The position numbers and the translations under genes were made by a program. From Gemmatimonadota bacterium (GTDB lineage Bacteria > Gemmatimonadota > Gemmatimonadetes > JACCXV01): a stretch of 64,000 nucleotides of DNA. The notes below the pieces were generated by a model, which searched no databases, was not told the origin of the DNA, and was given only the letters and a program-made list of their open reading frames with translations. The DNA lies in contig DATBJW010000065.1 in NCBI GenBank assembly GCA_036556205.1, positions 4,285 to 68,284 of the forward strand, given 5' to 3'. Shown here piece by piece: positions 48,224 through 57,578 of this stretch. Numbering within the stretch: the stretch's first letter is position 1; each line of letters begins with the position of its first letter.

Positions 48224-49066
48224 ATGATCCTTGGCGACACGCAGTCCGTCCAGCAGGCGCGGCCCGCTCGGGCCGGACGGGACGTCATGATCGCGTTCGA
48301 GGACGTCCACTTCTCACAGGGGCCCCTCAAGGTCCTGGACGGGGTGAGCTTCGAGGTGCGGCGGGGCGAGACCACCGTCATCCTGGGTCCGTCCGGATGC
48401 GGCAAGAGCACCGTGCTCTGGCTCATGCTCGGTGTCTGGAAGCCGGACTCGGGGAGGATCCGCATCGAGGGCGAGGATACCGCCCACTTCACCGAGGCGG
48501 ACTGGAAGCGCGTGCGCGGCCGACTGTCCATGGTCTTCCAGGAGAACGCTCTCTTCGACTCGCTCACGGTCGGCGAGAATGTAGGCTACCGCTTGTTCAG
48601 GGAGCGGACGCTCCCGCCGGCGGAGATCGAGCACAAGGTCCGCGAGACGCTCCAGATCGTCGAGCTCGATCCGGACCAGTTCATCGACCGCCGGCCCGAC
48701 GAGCTCTCCACCGGCCAGAAGCGGCGCGTGGCCATCGCCCGGGCGATCGCGAACAGCGACCCGGAGGCGATCTTCTACGACGAGCCGACGACGGGGCTCG
48801 ACCCCCGGACGGCCCGCAAGGTCGGGGACCTGATCATCCGGCTGCGCGACTTGCGAGGCAACACCTCGGTAGTCGTCACGCACGAGATCGCCGACGCGCT
48901 GCGCCTTGGAGACCGCTTCCTCCTGCTGGACGGGGGCAAGGTGGTTTACGACGGCGGCGCGGCGGGCCTGTTGTCCTCGACCCACCCGCAGGTCCAGGCG
49001 TTCCTCGAGCCGTTTCTCATGGACGTGGAGGAGCTCGCCCCGCGGATCACCGAGTCGCACCGATGA
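48224..49066 (+). CDS. mlaF: MlaF-family ABC ATPase
   Basis: [33 protein letters not shown] (variant signature), YDEPTTGLDP. Confidence 0.9.
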   Translation: MILGDTQSVQQARPARAGRDVMIAFEDVHFSQGPLKVLDGVSFEVRRGETTVILGPSGCGKSTVLWLMLGVWKPDSGRIRIEGEDTAHFTEADWKRVRGRLSMVFQENALFDSLTVGENVGYRLFRERTLPPAEIEHKVRETLQIVELDPDQFIDRRPDELSTGQKRRVAIARAIANSDPEAIFYDEPTTGLDPRTARKVGDLIIRLRDLRGNTSVVVTHEIADALRLGDRFLLLDGGKVVYDGGAAGLLSSTHPQVQAFLEPFLMDVEELAPRITESHR

Positions 49067-50016
49067 AGCGCGGCGAGACCCTACGCCTGTCGCAGGTCAA
49101 AGTCGGGATCATGCTCGTGGTGGGCTTCGTGATCCTCGTCTGGGTCGCCTTCAACAGCGACCTCCCGTCGCTCTTCAAGAGCAAGCGCGGACTCGCGGCC
49201 CGTTTCCCTTCCGCCGAGGGCCTCCCCGCAGGCGCTCCGGTATTCTTTCTGGGGATGGAGGCCGGTACCGTCGAGTCCGTGGAGTTCGACCCGGAAGGTG
49301 GAGACCCCCCGATCATAGTGACCTTCAACGTGCGCGAAGGGATCCACCAGCGGCTGCGCGCCGACGCCTTCGTCCGGATCTCGTCCTTCGGGATCCTCGG
49401 CGACAAGTACCTCGAGCTCCTGCGGGGGAGTGTGCCGGAGGCGCTCCCCGAAGGCGCGGTGCTGCCCGGCCGTTCGGCGGAATCGTTCACCGACCTGGTC
49501 GAGCCGGGCCGGCGGGCGCTGACGAAGGTGGACGGTTTGCTCACCGAGCTGGAGACGATCTCGATCGGTCTGCGCGACGGGAAGGGCACCGCCGGAAAGC
49601 TGCTCACCGACGAGGACGTTCACGACCGCCTGGTGACGACGCTCGACGAGACGCGCGCCGCCCTGGCCGACTTCCGCAAGACGCAACGCGACATGGGCGA
49701 GCAGCTGACCTCCGCCGCGAGCTCGATCGCCTCCACCGCGGGCTCCTTCGACTCGCTCGCAACCGACTGGCGGACGGGTCAGGGCACGATCAACCGGCTG
49801 GCGGAAGACCCCTCGCTCTACGAGAATCTGAACGCCGCCACCGCCCGGCTGGACCGGGTGCTGGCCGAAGTGGAACGCGGCGACGGCCTGCTCGCGCGCC
49901 TGCTCAAGGACCCGGAGTTCGCGAACCAGGTCACGGGCCTGGTCGTGGACCTGCGGGCGCTGCTGGTGGACATGCGCGAGCACCCCGGACGCTACGTTCA
50001 GTTCAGCGTGTTCTAG
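49063..50016 (+). CDS. mlaD: MlaD/MCE-family protein with long helical region
   Basis: KVGIML TM, FPSAEGLPAGAPVFFLG, GILGDKYLEL, GTAGKLL, HPGRYVQFSVF; ATGA overlap. Confidence 0.9.
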   Translation: MKRGETLRLSQVKVGIMLVVGFVILVWVAFNSDLPSLFKSKRGLAARFPSAEGLPAGAPVFFLGMEAGTVESVEFDPEGGDPPIIVTFNVREGIHQRLRADAFVRISSFGILGDKYLELLRGSVPEALPEGAVLPGRSAESFTDLVEPGRRALTKVDGLLTELETISIGLRDGKGTAGKLLTDEDVHDRLVTTLDETRAALADFRKTQRDMGEQLTSAASSIASTAGSFDSLATDWRTGQGTINRLAEDPSLYENLNAATARLDRVLAEVERGDGLLARLLKDPEFANQVTGLVVDLRALLVDMREHPGRYVQFSVF

Positions 50017-50042
50017 CCCCTCGCCGGGCCACCCAGTCGCCC

Positions 50043-52673
50043 ATGCCCGACCTGCCCACCGGCACGATCACCTTTCTCTTCACCGACATCGAGGGCAGCA
50101 CCCTCCTCTGGCAGCAACACCGTCGCCAGATGCCCGATGCGCTCGCCCGTCACGAACGGCTCCTGCGAGACGCAATCGAGACGTACGGCGGCTATGTCTT
50201 CAAGACTGTGGGCGACCAGTTCTGTGCGGTCTTCTCGCGCGCTCCCGACGCCGTGGCCACGGCGCTCGATGCCCAGCGGGCGCTGCACGACGAGGCGTGG
50301 GAGATCCCGGGTGGCATCCGAGTTCGCATGATCCTGCACAGCGGGATCGCACAGGAGCGCGATCGGGATTACTTCGGCACCACGCTGAATCGGACGGCGC
50401 GGATGCTCGCGGCGGGCCACGGCGGCCAGATCCTGCTCTCGCAGGCGGCCTGGGAGCTGGTGTGGGACGAGTTGCCGCCAGGGATCCAGGGTCGCGACCT
50501 CGGTGAGCACAAGCTAAAGGACCTCCCGCGGCCGGAGCGGCTCTTCCAGCTCGTGGCACCCGGGCTGCCCGCCGACTTCCCCTCCCCGCGAACCCAGCGC
50601 CGTCCCGCGCTCCAGAGTTGGTTGGCCTCGCTTCGGCGAGGCGAGCCGCGGGCGGTCGCGATCCTTGTCGCGGCGGGGCTCGTGGCCGGTCTGGCGATCG
50701 TCTTCCTCCAGGGAGGCCCGACGGGCGAGGACGCTGGCGGCGGGAAGTCCGGCGCCGCTCCCACCGTGGCGGTCCTGCCCTTCACGGTGCGCGGAGACGA
50801 GCTGGGCGTGTGGCGCGAAGGCATGGTGGACCTGCTCTCGACCAATCTGAGCGGCGTGCCGGGGCTGCGGGCCGTGGACAGCCGGACGGTGCTGGCGCGC
50901 TGGCACGAGAACGTTCCCGACTCGGGCACACCCGACCTCCGCACCTCGCTCGACGTGGCGGGGCGCACCGGAGCGCGCTATGCCCTCATCGGAAACGTGC
51001 TCCGCTTCCCCTCGGGGGTGCGGTTCACCGCCGACGTCTACGACGTGCAGCGTCGCGAGAGCGTGGGTGCGCGCCAGGTCGAGGGCCCCGCCGACAGCAT
51101 CCCCTCGCTCGTGGATCAGCTCTCCATCGAGGTCCTGATCCTCCTCCAGGGCCGTGATTCGGTCACGGTGAGCACCGGGGACGTGACCACGCGGTCGCTC
51201 CCGGCGCTCAAAGAGTACCTGCAGGGACAGAAGTGGCTCCGGCGCTCCGCGTTCAAACAGGCGATCCCCGCCTATCAGCGCGCGGTCGATCTCGACTCGA
51301 CGTTCGCGCTCGCCTACTACCGGCTCGCCACCGCCGGCGGCTGGACCGAGATCGACGAGAGCAACCTCGACCGGCGCTACATGGAGCGCGCGGCGCGCTT
51401 CGCGGGCCGGCTCACGAAGAAGGACGCGTTGCTCGTCCAGGCCAAGCTCGCGCTGTGGCGCGGGAACCTGGACGGTCTCGAGCCGCTCCGGCAAGCGGTC
51501 CAGCAGTATCCCGACGACCCCGAGGTCTGGTACCTGCTCGGCGAGACGTCTTTCCACCTCGGCCGGCAGGCGCTGGCCAGCCAGGCGGAGAACGACTCGG
51601 CCTTCGCCCGGGCGGTCGAGCTCGACCCGGGGTTCGCGCCCGCCTACATCCACCTGATCGAAAACGCGTTCAACTACCATGCGGACAGCGCCCGAGCCGC
51701 GCGTCTGGTCGAAACCTACGCGAAGGTCACGGACAATGCCGAATCCGCGCAGCTCAGTCGCCTGGCCCTCAGCCTGGCGTTCGGAGACGGAGCCAGCCAC
51801 GCTTCCGCGCGCGCCGGACTGGACAGCCTGGCGGGCACGGCACTCCTGGGAGTGGCCCTGCACCTCTGGCACCCGCGGTTCGGCGCGGATCAGGAGGCAG
51901 TTCTCGAGGCCGTGCGCCAGCGGGGCGGCCGCGAGGAGACCGACGCGGCGATCCTGCTCTTCGTGAACAGGTTGCTGCGCGGCAAGCTCCAGACGGCGCT
52001 GGCGAGCCTCGACGACCCCGGCCTCGAGGCAGGCTACCGGGCGGCAGGGTTCTACATCCCCTTCATGGCCCGGCTCCCCGGCGTGCCGTCGGAGCGCCGG
52101 GACGCCGCGCTGGCGCTCGGCGAGACGGACACCGTGCCGTACATCAGGACGTTTTACGCTGGAGCGTACGCGGCCGGCGACGAGCGCTGGACCGAACACG
52201 CGACCGCCGTCGAGCGCCTGCAAGCGGCGGCCGGCGGCATGCGGTCGCGGGGGGACCCGGTTGCGAGCCGCTTCACCCGGGGCATGGCCACAGCACTCGA
52301 GGGTTACGCTCTGATGAAGAAAGGGCGCGAGGAGGAGGCGCTGCACACGCTGATGGACGCCCAGCGCGAGACCACCGCCACGGGCAAGCTCGAGGTCGTG
52401 AACGCCACGATCCGCTTCTGGCTCAGCGAGCTCCTCCGCCATCAAGGCGACTTCCGGGCGGCGCGAACCTACGCCGCCTCGTTCTGGCAGGATCCCCTGG
52501 CCGCGTTCTCGCTGGCGCAGATCGACGAGCAACTCGAGGACTATGCCGCGGCGCGGGAGGCGTACTCGTTCTTCGTGGAGTCCTGGAAGGAGGCGGATCC
52601 CGACCTGCAGCCTCTCGTCGAGGAGGCGCGCAGAGCGTCCTCGCGGTTGTCCGAAAGCAAACGGCGTTCCTGA
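50043..52673 (+). CDS. Class III adenylate cyclase + TM + TolB-like + TPR protein
   Basis: TFLFTDIEGST, FKTVGDQF, DYFGTTLNRTAR, TM AVAILVAAGLVAGLAIVFL, VAVLPF, TPRs. Confidence 0.9.
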   Translation: MPDLPTGTITFLFTDIEGSTLLWQQHRRQMPDALARHERLLRDAIETYGGYVFKTVGDQFCAVFSRAPDAVATALDAQRALHDEAWEIPGGIRVRMILHSGIAQERDRDYFGTTLNRTARMLAAGHGGQILLSQAAWELVWDELPPGIQGRDLGEHKLKDLPRPERLFQLVAPGLPADFPSPRTQRRPALQSWLASLRRGEPRAVAILVAAGLVAGLAIVFLQGGPTGEDAGGGKSGAAPTVAVLPFTVRGDELGVWREGMVDLLSTNLSGVPGLRAVDSRTVLARWHENVPDSGTPDLRTSLDVAGRTGARYALIGNVLRFPSGVRFTADVYDVQRRESVGARQVEGPADSIPSLVDQLSIEVLILLQGRDSVTVSTGDVTTRSLPALKEYLQGQKWLRRSAFKQAIPAYQRAVDLDSTFALAYYRLATAGGWTEIDESNLDRRYMERAARFAGRLTKKDALLVQAKLALWRGNLDGLEPLRQAVQQYPDDPEVWYLLGETSFHLGRQALASQAENDSAFARAVELDPGFAPAYIHLIENAFNYHADSARAARLVETYAKVTDNAESAQLSRLALSLAFGDGASHASARAGLDSLAGTALLGVALHLWHPRFGADQEAVLEAVRQRGGREETDAAILLFVNRLLRGKLQTALASLDDPGLEAGYRAAGFYIPFMARLPGVPSERRDAALALGETDTVPYIRTFYAGAYAAGDERWTEHATAVERLQAAAGGMRSRGDPVASRFTRGMATALEGYALMKKGREEEALHTLMDAQRETTATGKLEVVNATIRFWLSELLRHQGDFRAARTYAASFWQDPLAAFSLAQIDEQLEDYAAAREAYSFFVESWKEADPDLQPLVEEARRASSRLSESKRRS

Positions 52674-52709
52674 GATGCAGGCTTCGGGGATCTGGCTGTG
52701 GAGCAATAC

Positions 52710-52749
52710 TTGACATACCAGAATGGCTTACTACCTTACTGGTCAGTAA
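52710..52749 (+). promoter_or_regulatory. Promoter and palindromic operator of the TA module
   Basis: TTGACA-N16-TACCTT; TTACTG-GT-CAGTAA at 52736-52749 over the +1 region. Confidence 0.7.
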
Positions 52750-52777
52750 ACACCCTCCTCACGAATGAGGTCCTCCA

Positions 52778-53290
52778 ATGGCCCAGCGTGGTTCTCCGGA
52801 TGTGGGCCGCATGATTCAACGCGCCCGCAAGCACAAGAACTGGACCCAGGCAATCCTCGCCGGTCGAGTCGGCGTCGCTCCAGAGTACATCAGTCACATA
52901 GAGCGTGGTATTCGAACACCGGCCGTGGCCCTCGCCAAGCGCATCGCGGACGCGCTCGACCTGGAACCCGAACCCCTGATCCTCCTCGCCCTTGCCCATC
53001 AGCATCCCGAGGCGGCGCCGTTTCTGGCGACGGATCGAAGCTCCGCCTTGGCGCAGCGTCGCGCGCGCCGTCTCAAGGTCATCCTCGAACGTGATCCCGA
53101 GGCCGGTCTCTGGGTGACTTACGTGCCGGCTCTGGGGCACCTGTCCACGTACGGGCACAGCAAGCGCGAGGCCTTGCTCCAGACCCGCGAGGCGATTCGC
53201 GGATACTTCGAGGCAGCCGAGAAAGCCGGCATCGATGTCGGAGACTCGGACGTGGACGTCGAGCTGACCGAGCTGGAGGTATCGGCCTGA
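52778..53290 (+). CDS. hicB: Antitoxin: N-terminal XRE HTH fused to a HicB-like domain
   Basis: RARKHKNWTQAILAGRVGVAPEYISHIERG (XRE); VILERDPEAGLWVTYVPALGHLSTYGHSKREAL..REAIRGYFE (HicB). Confidence 0.82.
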   Translation: MAQRGSPDVGRMIQRARKHKNWTQAILAGRVGVAPEYISHIERGIRTPAVALAKRIADALDLEPEPLILLALAHQHPEAAPFLATDRSSALAQRRARRLKVILERDPEAGLWVTYVPALGHLSTYGHSKREALLQTREAIRGYFEAAEKAGIDVGDSDVDVELTELEVSA

Positions 53291-53511
53291 CGCGACTACC
53301 CCGCGTCGGTGGACGAACTGTGATTCGCGCGCTCGAGCGTGCTGGATTCGAGATCATCCACATTCGGGGCAGTCATCACTACTTGCGACGTGGAAGTGGC
53401 GGGCTGGTCGTCGTTCCGTTACACGGGAATCGCGACCTGCCAGCCGGGACCCTCAAGGCAATACTTCGCCAAGCCGGCCTGACAGCGGAAACTCTAATCG
53501 AACTCCTGTAG
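53287..53511 (+). CDS. hicA: HicA-family toxin (probable CTG start)
   Basis: (L)TRLPRVGGRTVIRALERAGF..RGSHHYL..VVVPLHGNRDLPAGTLKAILRQAG. Confidence 0.9.
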   Translation: MTRLPRVGGRTVIRALERAGFEIIHIRGSHHYLRRGSGGLVVVPLHGNRDLPAGTLKAILRQAGLTAETLIELL

Positions 53512-53729
53512 GCCCCCCTCTTTACTCACCACCCACCAGACGACGCGACTGCCGCGGACGCGGACCCCGGTATCCGATACCCCTGGCGGCACTGGCGCCG
53601 CGCCATCGCGGCGAACCCGGAGAGCGAGGGCGTGTATGACTTCGATCTGACGAGCCAAGCCGGCCCGCCGGGGATGCTGGGCCACCGAGCAAGCCGAAGT
53701 CTCCGGGCACCCAACCGAAGCAGGACACC

Positions 53730-54170
53730 ATGGACGTGCGCAAGAACATCGCCCTCATCGCCCACGACAACCGCAAGGCCGACCTGCTCGAATGGGCGAC
53801 CTTCAATCGCGACCTGCTCGCCCGGCACCGTCTCTTCGGGACCGGCACGACGGGCAGGCTTCTGGCCGAGGAGCTGGGCCTCGAGATCGGGCTCTTCCGG
53901 AGCGGGCCGCTGGGCGGCGACCAGCAGATCGGGGCCGCGATCACCGTGGGCGAGATCGACTTCGTGATCTTCTTCTGGGACCCGCTGGCACCCCACCCCC
54001 ACGACGTGGACGTGAAGGCGCTCCTGCGCATCGCCGTCGTCTACAACATCCCGATCGCGTGCAACCGGTCCTCGGCGGACTTCATGATCTCGTCGCCGCT
54101 CATGTCCCGGGCGTACGAGCGGCTGGTGGTCGACTACGACGAGCAGCTGGCGGGCGGGCTGGTGGGCTGA
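53730..54170 (+). CDS. mgsA: Methylglyoxal synthase
   Basis: IALIAHD, TGTTG, SGPLGGDQQIG, FFWDPL..HPHDVDVKALLR, PIACN. Confidence 0.98.
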   Translation: MDVRKNIALIAHDNRKADLLEWATFNRDLLARHRLFGTGTTGRLLAEELGLEIGLFRSGPLGGDQQIGAAITVGEIDFVIFFWDPLAPHPHDVDVKALLRIAVVYNIPIACNRSSADFMISSPLMSRAYERLVVDYDEQLAGGLVG

Positions 54171-54198
54171 CGGACGGAGGGAGGGTTGCCGCGCGCTC

Positions 54199-55716
54199 CT
54201 AGAGGAGCGTTCCGCGCAGCAGGGCGGCAGCGATCGTGAAGTAGATCACGAGGCCCGTCACGTCGACCAGGGTCGCCACGAAGGGGGCCGAGCTCGTCGC
54301 GGGGTCGAACCCCAGGCGCTTAAGAAGAAAGGGCAGCATGCTGCCCGAGAGCGTCCCCCAGGTCACGACCCCGACCAGCGACAGCCCCACGGTGAGCGCG
54401 ATCAGCAGCACGTGCGGGCCGTAGTCGGTCCAACCGAAGGAGTCCCACAGCAGGACCCGCAGCACGCCGATCCCCCCCAGGACTCCTCCCAGAGCGAGCC
54501 CGTTCCGGATCTCGCGACCGAAGATCCGCCACCAGTCCCGCAGCGTCACCTCGCCGAGGGCGAGTGCCCGGATCATCAGCGAAGCCGCCTGCGAGCCGCT
54601 GTTGCCCCCGCTGGAGATGATGAGCGGAACGAAGAGCGCCAGCACGACCGCCGCCGCGATCTCGTGCTGGAAGAAGCCCATGGCGGTCGCGGTCATCATC
54701 TCCCCGATGAACAGGACGGCCAGCCAACCTGCCCGCTTCTGGATCATCGTCCGAAACGGCACCGCCAGGTAGGGAGCTCCCAGCGCCTCCATTCCGCCCA
54801 GCTTCTGGATGTCCTCGGTAGCCTCCTCCTCGGCCACGTCGGCGACGTCGTCCGCGGTCACGATCCCCAGCAACACGCCACGCGAGTCCAGCACTGGCAA
54901 CGCGGAGCGGTCGTATTTCCTTAGCACCCGAACCGCCTCGGCTTGCTCGTCGGTGGCGCGTAGCGCCACGAAGTTGCCGTCCATGAGCGAGCGAACCGTC
55001 TGATCGGGTTCGGCGAAGAGGAATTGGCGGATACGCAGGTCGTCGATCAGGATTCCGCGCTCGTCGGTGACGTAGATCACGTTCACCGTTTCGGCGTCCT
55101 TGCCCACGCGGCGGATGTGCTCGATCGCGTGCGACACGGTCCAGTCCGGCTTCACCCGCACGTAGTCGGGGCTCATGAGCCGCCCGACCGTGTCGGGCGG
55201 GTAGTTGAAGATCGCCTGCGTGATGGCCCGCTCCTTGGGGTCCATCATGGCGATCAGGCGGCGCGCGACGGGCCCCGGCAGCTCCTCCAGGAGCGCCGTG
55301 CGGTCGTCCGGGTCCATCTCGTTCAGAATCCGGGCGGCCTGCTCGTTCGTGAGCTTGGAGAGCAGCGCCTCCTGGCTCTGGGGGTCCAGATAGGCGAAGA
55401 CGTCGGCGGCCAGGTCGTGCGGCAGCAGGCGGAAGGCCAGCGCCTCCTGCTCGTCGCCCAGTGCCGAGAGGACATCCGCGATGTCGGCGGGCTCGAGCCC
55501 CATCAGCTCCTGGCGCGCCTGGTTGTAGCGCCGGGCCTCGAGCAGTTCGCCCACGTCGGGCGCGATCAGACCGCCGAGGACGTTGCGGCCCCCGCGCGGA
55601 ACCCCCTCACCCGGCTCCGCGCCGTCCGGCGTCCGCGCGGCGCCCGCGTCAGGCCCGTCCCCTTCCGGCCCGGTCTCAGGCGGCCCGGCCTCGTTCGGCC
55701 ACTTCAGGTCCGTCAC
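54199..55716 (-). CDS. mgtE: Magnesium transporter MgtE
   Basis: EMDPDDR, GRLMSPDY, CBS pair, GIVTADD, SSGGNSGSQA, DPATSSAPFVATLVDVTG. Confidence 0.97.
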   Translation of the reverse strand: MTDLKWPNEAGPPETGPEGDGPDAGAARTPDGAEPGEGVPRGGRNVLGGLIAPDVGELLEARRYNQARQELMGLEPADIADVLSALGDEQEALAFRLLPHDLAADVFAYLDPQSQEALLSKLTNEQAARILNEMDPDDRTALLEELPGPVARRLIAMMDPKERAITQAIFNYPPDTVGRLMSPDYVRVKPDWTVSHAIEHIRRVGKDAETVNVIYVTDERGILIDDLRIRQFLFAEPDQTVRSLMDGNFVALRATDEQAEAVRVLRKYDRSALPVLDSRGVLLGIVTADDVADVAEEEATEDIQKLGGMEALGAPYLAVPFRTMIQKRAGWLAVLFIGEMMTATAMGFFQHEIAAAVVLALFVPLIISSGGNSGSQAASLMIRALALGEVTLRDWWRIFGREIRNGLALGGVLGGIGVLRVLLWDSFGWTDYGPHVLLIALTVGLSLVGVVTWGTLSGSMLPFLLKRLGFDPATSSAPFVATLVDVTGLVIYFTIAAALLRGTLL

Positions 55717-55717
55717 G

Positions 55718-56095
55718 TCACGAGCTCCTCTTCTCGTAGCGGATCACGCGCACGTTCTCCATGGTGATCAGGACTCCCAGGTCGCGGATCAGGTCGTCGA
55801 GTCGTGCCAGCGCGGCCTCGACCCGCTCCCGTGCGTCCACCACCTCGATCAGGACGGGGAGGTCGCTCGACATCTCGAGCAGCTTTCCGGTGTGGATCAC
55901 GGACGAGGCCCCGAATCCCGCTTGCCCGTGGAAGACCGAGGCCCCGGCGAGTCCCTCCGCGCGGAGTCGTTGCAGGATCGCCTCCCAGGCGGCGCGGTGC
56001 CCGACCCGGTCGGCATCCCCCAGGAAGATCCGCAGCAGGACCTGCTCGCCCGCGAGCTCGCGCACGGCTCCCCCTTCGCGCTCGCCGTCCGTCAC
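55718..56095 (-). CDS. DUF190-family (PII-like) protein
   Basis: LLRIFLGDAD, GLAGASVFHGQAGFG, SSDLPVLIEVVD; classic crcB partner. Confidence 0.9.
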   Translation of the reverse strand: MTDGEREGGAVRELAGEQVLLRIFLGDADRVGHRAAWEAILQRLRAEGLAGASVFHGQAGFGASSVIHTGKLLEMSSDLPVLIEVVDARERVEAALARLDDLIRDLGVLITMENVRVIRYEKRSS

Positions 56096-56502
56096 CGCGC
56101 GAACCCGGTGAGCGCCCGCAGCGTCAGGTACCCGACGGCGGTCGCGGCGAGGCAGCCGAGGACGGTGGCGGCCAGGTTGAGCCCGGCGTAATAAAGCTCC
56201 CGCTGTCGCAGGAGCGCCAGCGTCTCGAGGCTGAAGGTGCTCATGGTCGTAAACCCGCCGCAGAGACCGGTTCCGAGCAAGAGCCAGACGTCGGGCGACA
56301 GGGCCAGCGTCCGCTCGCGCACGGCGAAGAAGAGGCCCAGCGCGAAGCTCCCCGCCAGGTTCACGGCCAGCGTCCCGCAAGGGAAGAACGGGCCTACGGC
56401 CTGCTGGACCCCGATCGAGACGAGCAACCGCAGGCCTCCGCCCAGGCCGGAGCCCACGATCACGATCAGGAGGCGGTAGAGGGAGTCCTTCCAGCCGTTC
56501 AT
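56092..56502 (-). CDS. crcB: Fluoride efflux channel Fluc/CrcB
   Basis: GSGLGGGLR, GTLAVNLAGSF, GLCGGFTTMSTFS. Confidence 0.96.
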   Translation of the reverse strand: MNGWKDSLYRLLIVIVGSGLGGGLRLLVSIGVQQAVGPFFPCGTLAVNLAGSFALGLFFAVRERTLALSPDVWLLLGTGLCGGFTTMSTFSLETLALLRQRELYYAGLNLAATVLGCLAATAVGYLTLRALTGFAR

Positions 56503-56521
56503 GCGGCCTCCACGGCCACGA

Positions 56522-56602
56522 TAAAAAAACTCCTACCGACCCTTCGCGGGTGAAGTAGGAGTCATCAGCTCCCCGGGGGAGCGGTGGCGAACTCCATCGC
56601 CG
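56522..56602 (-). ncRNA. Fluoride riboswitch (crcB motif) with intrinsic terminator
   Basis: GGCGATGGAGTTCGCC-ACC-GCTCCCCCGGGGAGC-TGATGACTCCTAC, then a CTCCTAC...GTAGGAG hairpin and T7. Confidence 0.95.
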
Positions 56603-56617
56603 GAACTGTCGTGCGGG

Positions 56618-56646
56618 AACCTACGCGGGGCGGGAGGCGCCGTCAA
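56618..56646 (-). promoter_or_regulatory. Sigma70 promoter of the fluoride riboswitch leader
   Basis: TTGACG-N17-TAGGTT. Confidence 0.75.
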
Positions 56647-56803
56647 CCGCGGGCCCGGGGGCAACCCGATGTGGACCCGGATGGGCCCCGTTGCCGAGCC
56701 GGCGGAGCGGTCTGAAAAAAGGTGCGCGCGGCCCCCGGGGGAGGGAGACCGCGCGCGGGGGGATCACGGAATCCCGGCGGACTCCGTGCCCTTTTTCGCC
56801 GCC

Positions 56804-57454
56804 TCAGTCGTCGGGATACGAAAGCAGCTTGTACTGCTCCCCGATGTGGAAGACCGAGCCGAAGAGCTTCACGTTTTCCCGTCGCTCCCCATCCACCTCG
56901 AGGTCCACGCGGCTCGTCTCGTCGAGCACGAAGTTCACGAAGTCCTGGTGCGGGTTCTCGAAGCGGATCGCCAGGATCCGCACTTTCTTGCCTCCGTAGT
57001 CACGCAGGAGACGTCGGAGCCCGCGACGCGAATCCGAGGCCTGGAGCAACCAGACCGTCTCGAAGTCCGCGTTGATGGGCGGATGCGCCGCCGGAAAGGA
57101 CGGGAACAGGATGTCGCGGAACTCCTGCGCCGTGACCATCAGGTCCTCGAGCCGCGTCGAGTCGCGCTCGGCCAATGCTCTCTCGACTGTCCTGAGCAAG
57201 CCATCCATGCCCTCGGCCGCGCCGGAGAGCCGCAACTTCTCCGGGGGCAAGCGCGGGATCTCGTAACCGCGCCCCGTGTCCGCATCGATTCGTGCCCGCG
57301 CAGGCCCCTCGCTCGCCGGCAAGTCGGACGCATGGTTGCACCCCGGCACGCCCAGCAACGACACCAGTGGCACGAGCAGCGATCCGAGCCACCCGGCAAT
57401 GGGCGAACGAGCCAAGTGGCTGCCCATGGGCACGCTGAACGCACGGACGCTCAT
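56804..57454 (-). CDS. Hypothetical lipoprotein
   Basis: Hydrophobic stretch ending LGVPGC; plausible globular C-terminus (VKLFGSVFHIGEQYKLLSY); start at 57454 or 57427. Confidence 0.65.
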   Translation of the reverse strand: MSVRAFSVPMGSHLARSPIAGWLGSLLVPLVSLLGVPGCNHASDLPASEGPARARIDADTGRGYEIPRLPPEKLRLSGAAEGMDGLLRTVERALAERDSTRLEDLMVTAQEFRDILFPSFPAAHPPINADFETVWLLQASDSRRGLRRLLRDYGGKKVRILAIRFENPHQDFVNFVLDETSRVDLEVDGERRENVKLFGSVFHIGEQYKLLSYPDD

Positions 57455-57578
57455 GAGAAGGGATGGGAACGCGGCGCGCGAGGGTCGGCTCCGCGCGAGT
57501 GCCCGGCCGGGAGCGGCCGATGGCCGGCCTCTCCCCAACCGGACGAGACCCCACGGGCCCGGCCGTCGACTCTGGCTG

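Noticed and set aside
50494-50510. TGGCAC...CTGC sigma54-like match
   Set aside because: It lies inside the cyclase coding sequence with no downstream gene start; likely incidental.
53520-53730. Protein-like frame (RYPWRHWRRAIAANPESEGVYDFDL) between hicA and mgsA, a possible remnant of a disrupted gene
   Set aside because: No start, no family recognisable by eye and no insertion scar; it needs a translated search.
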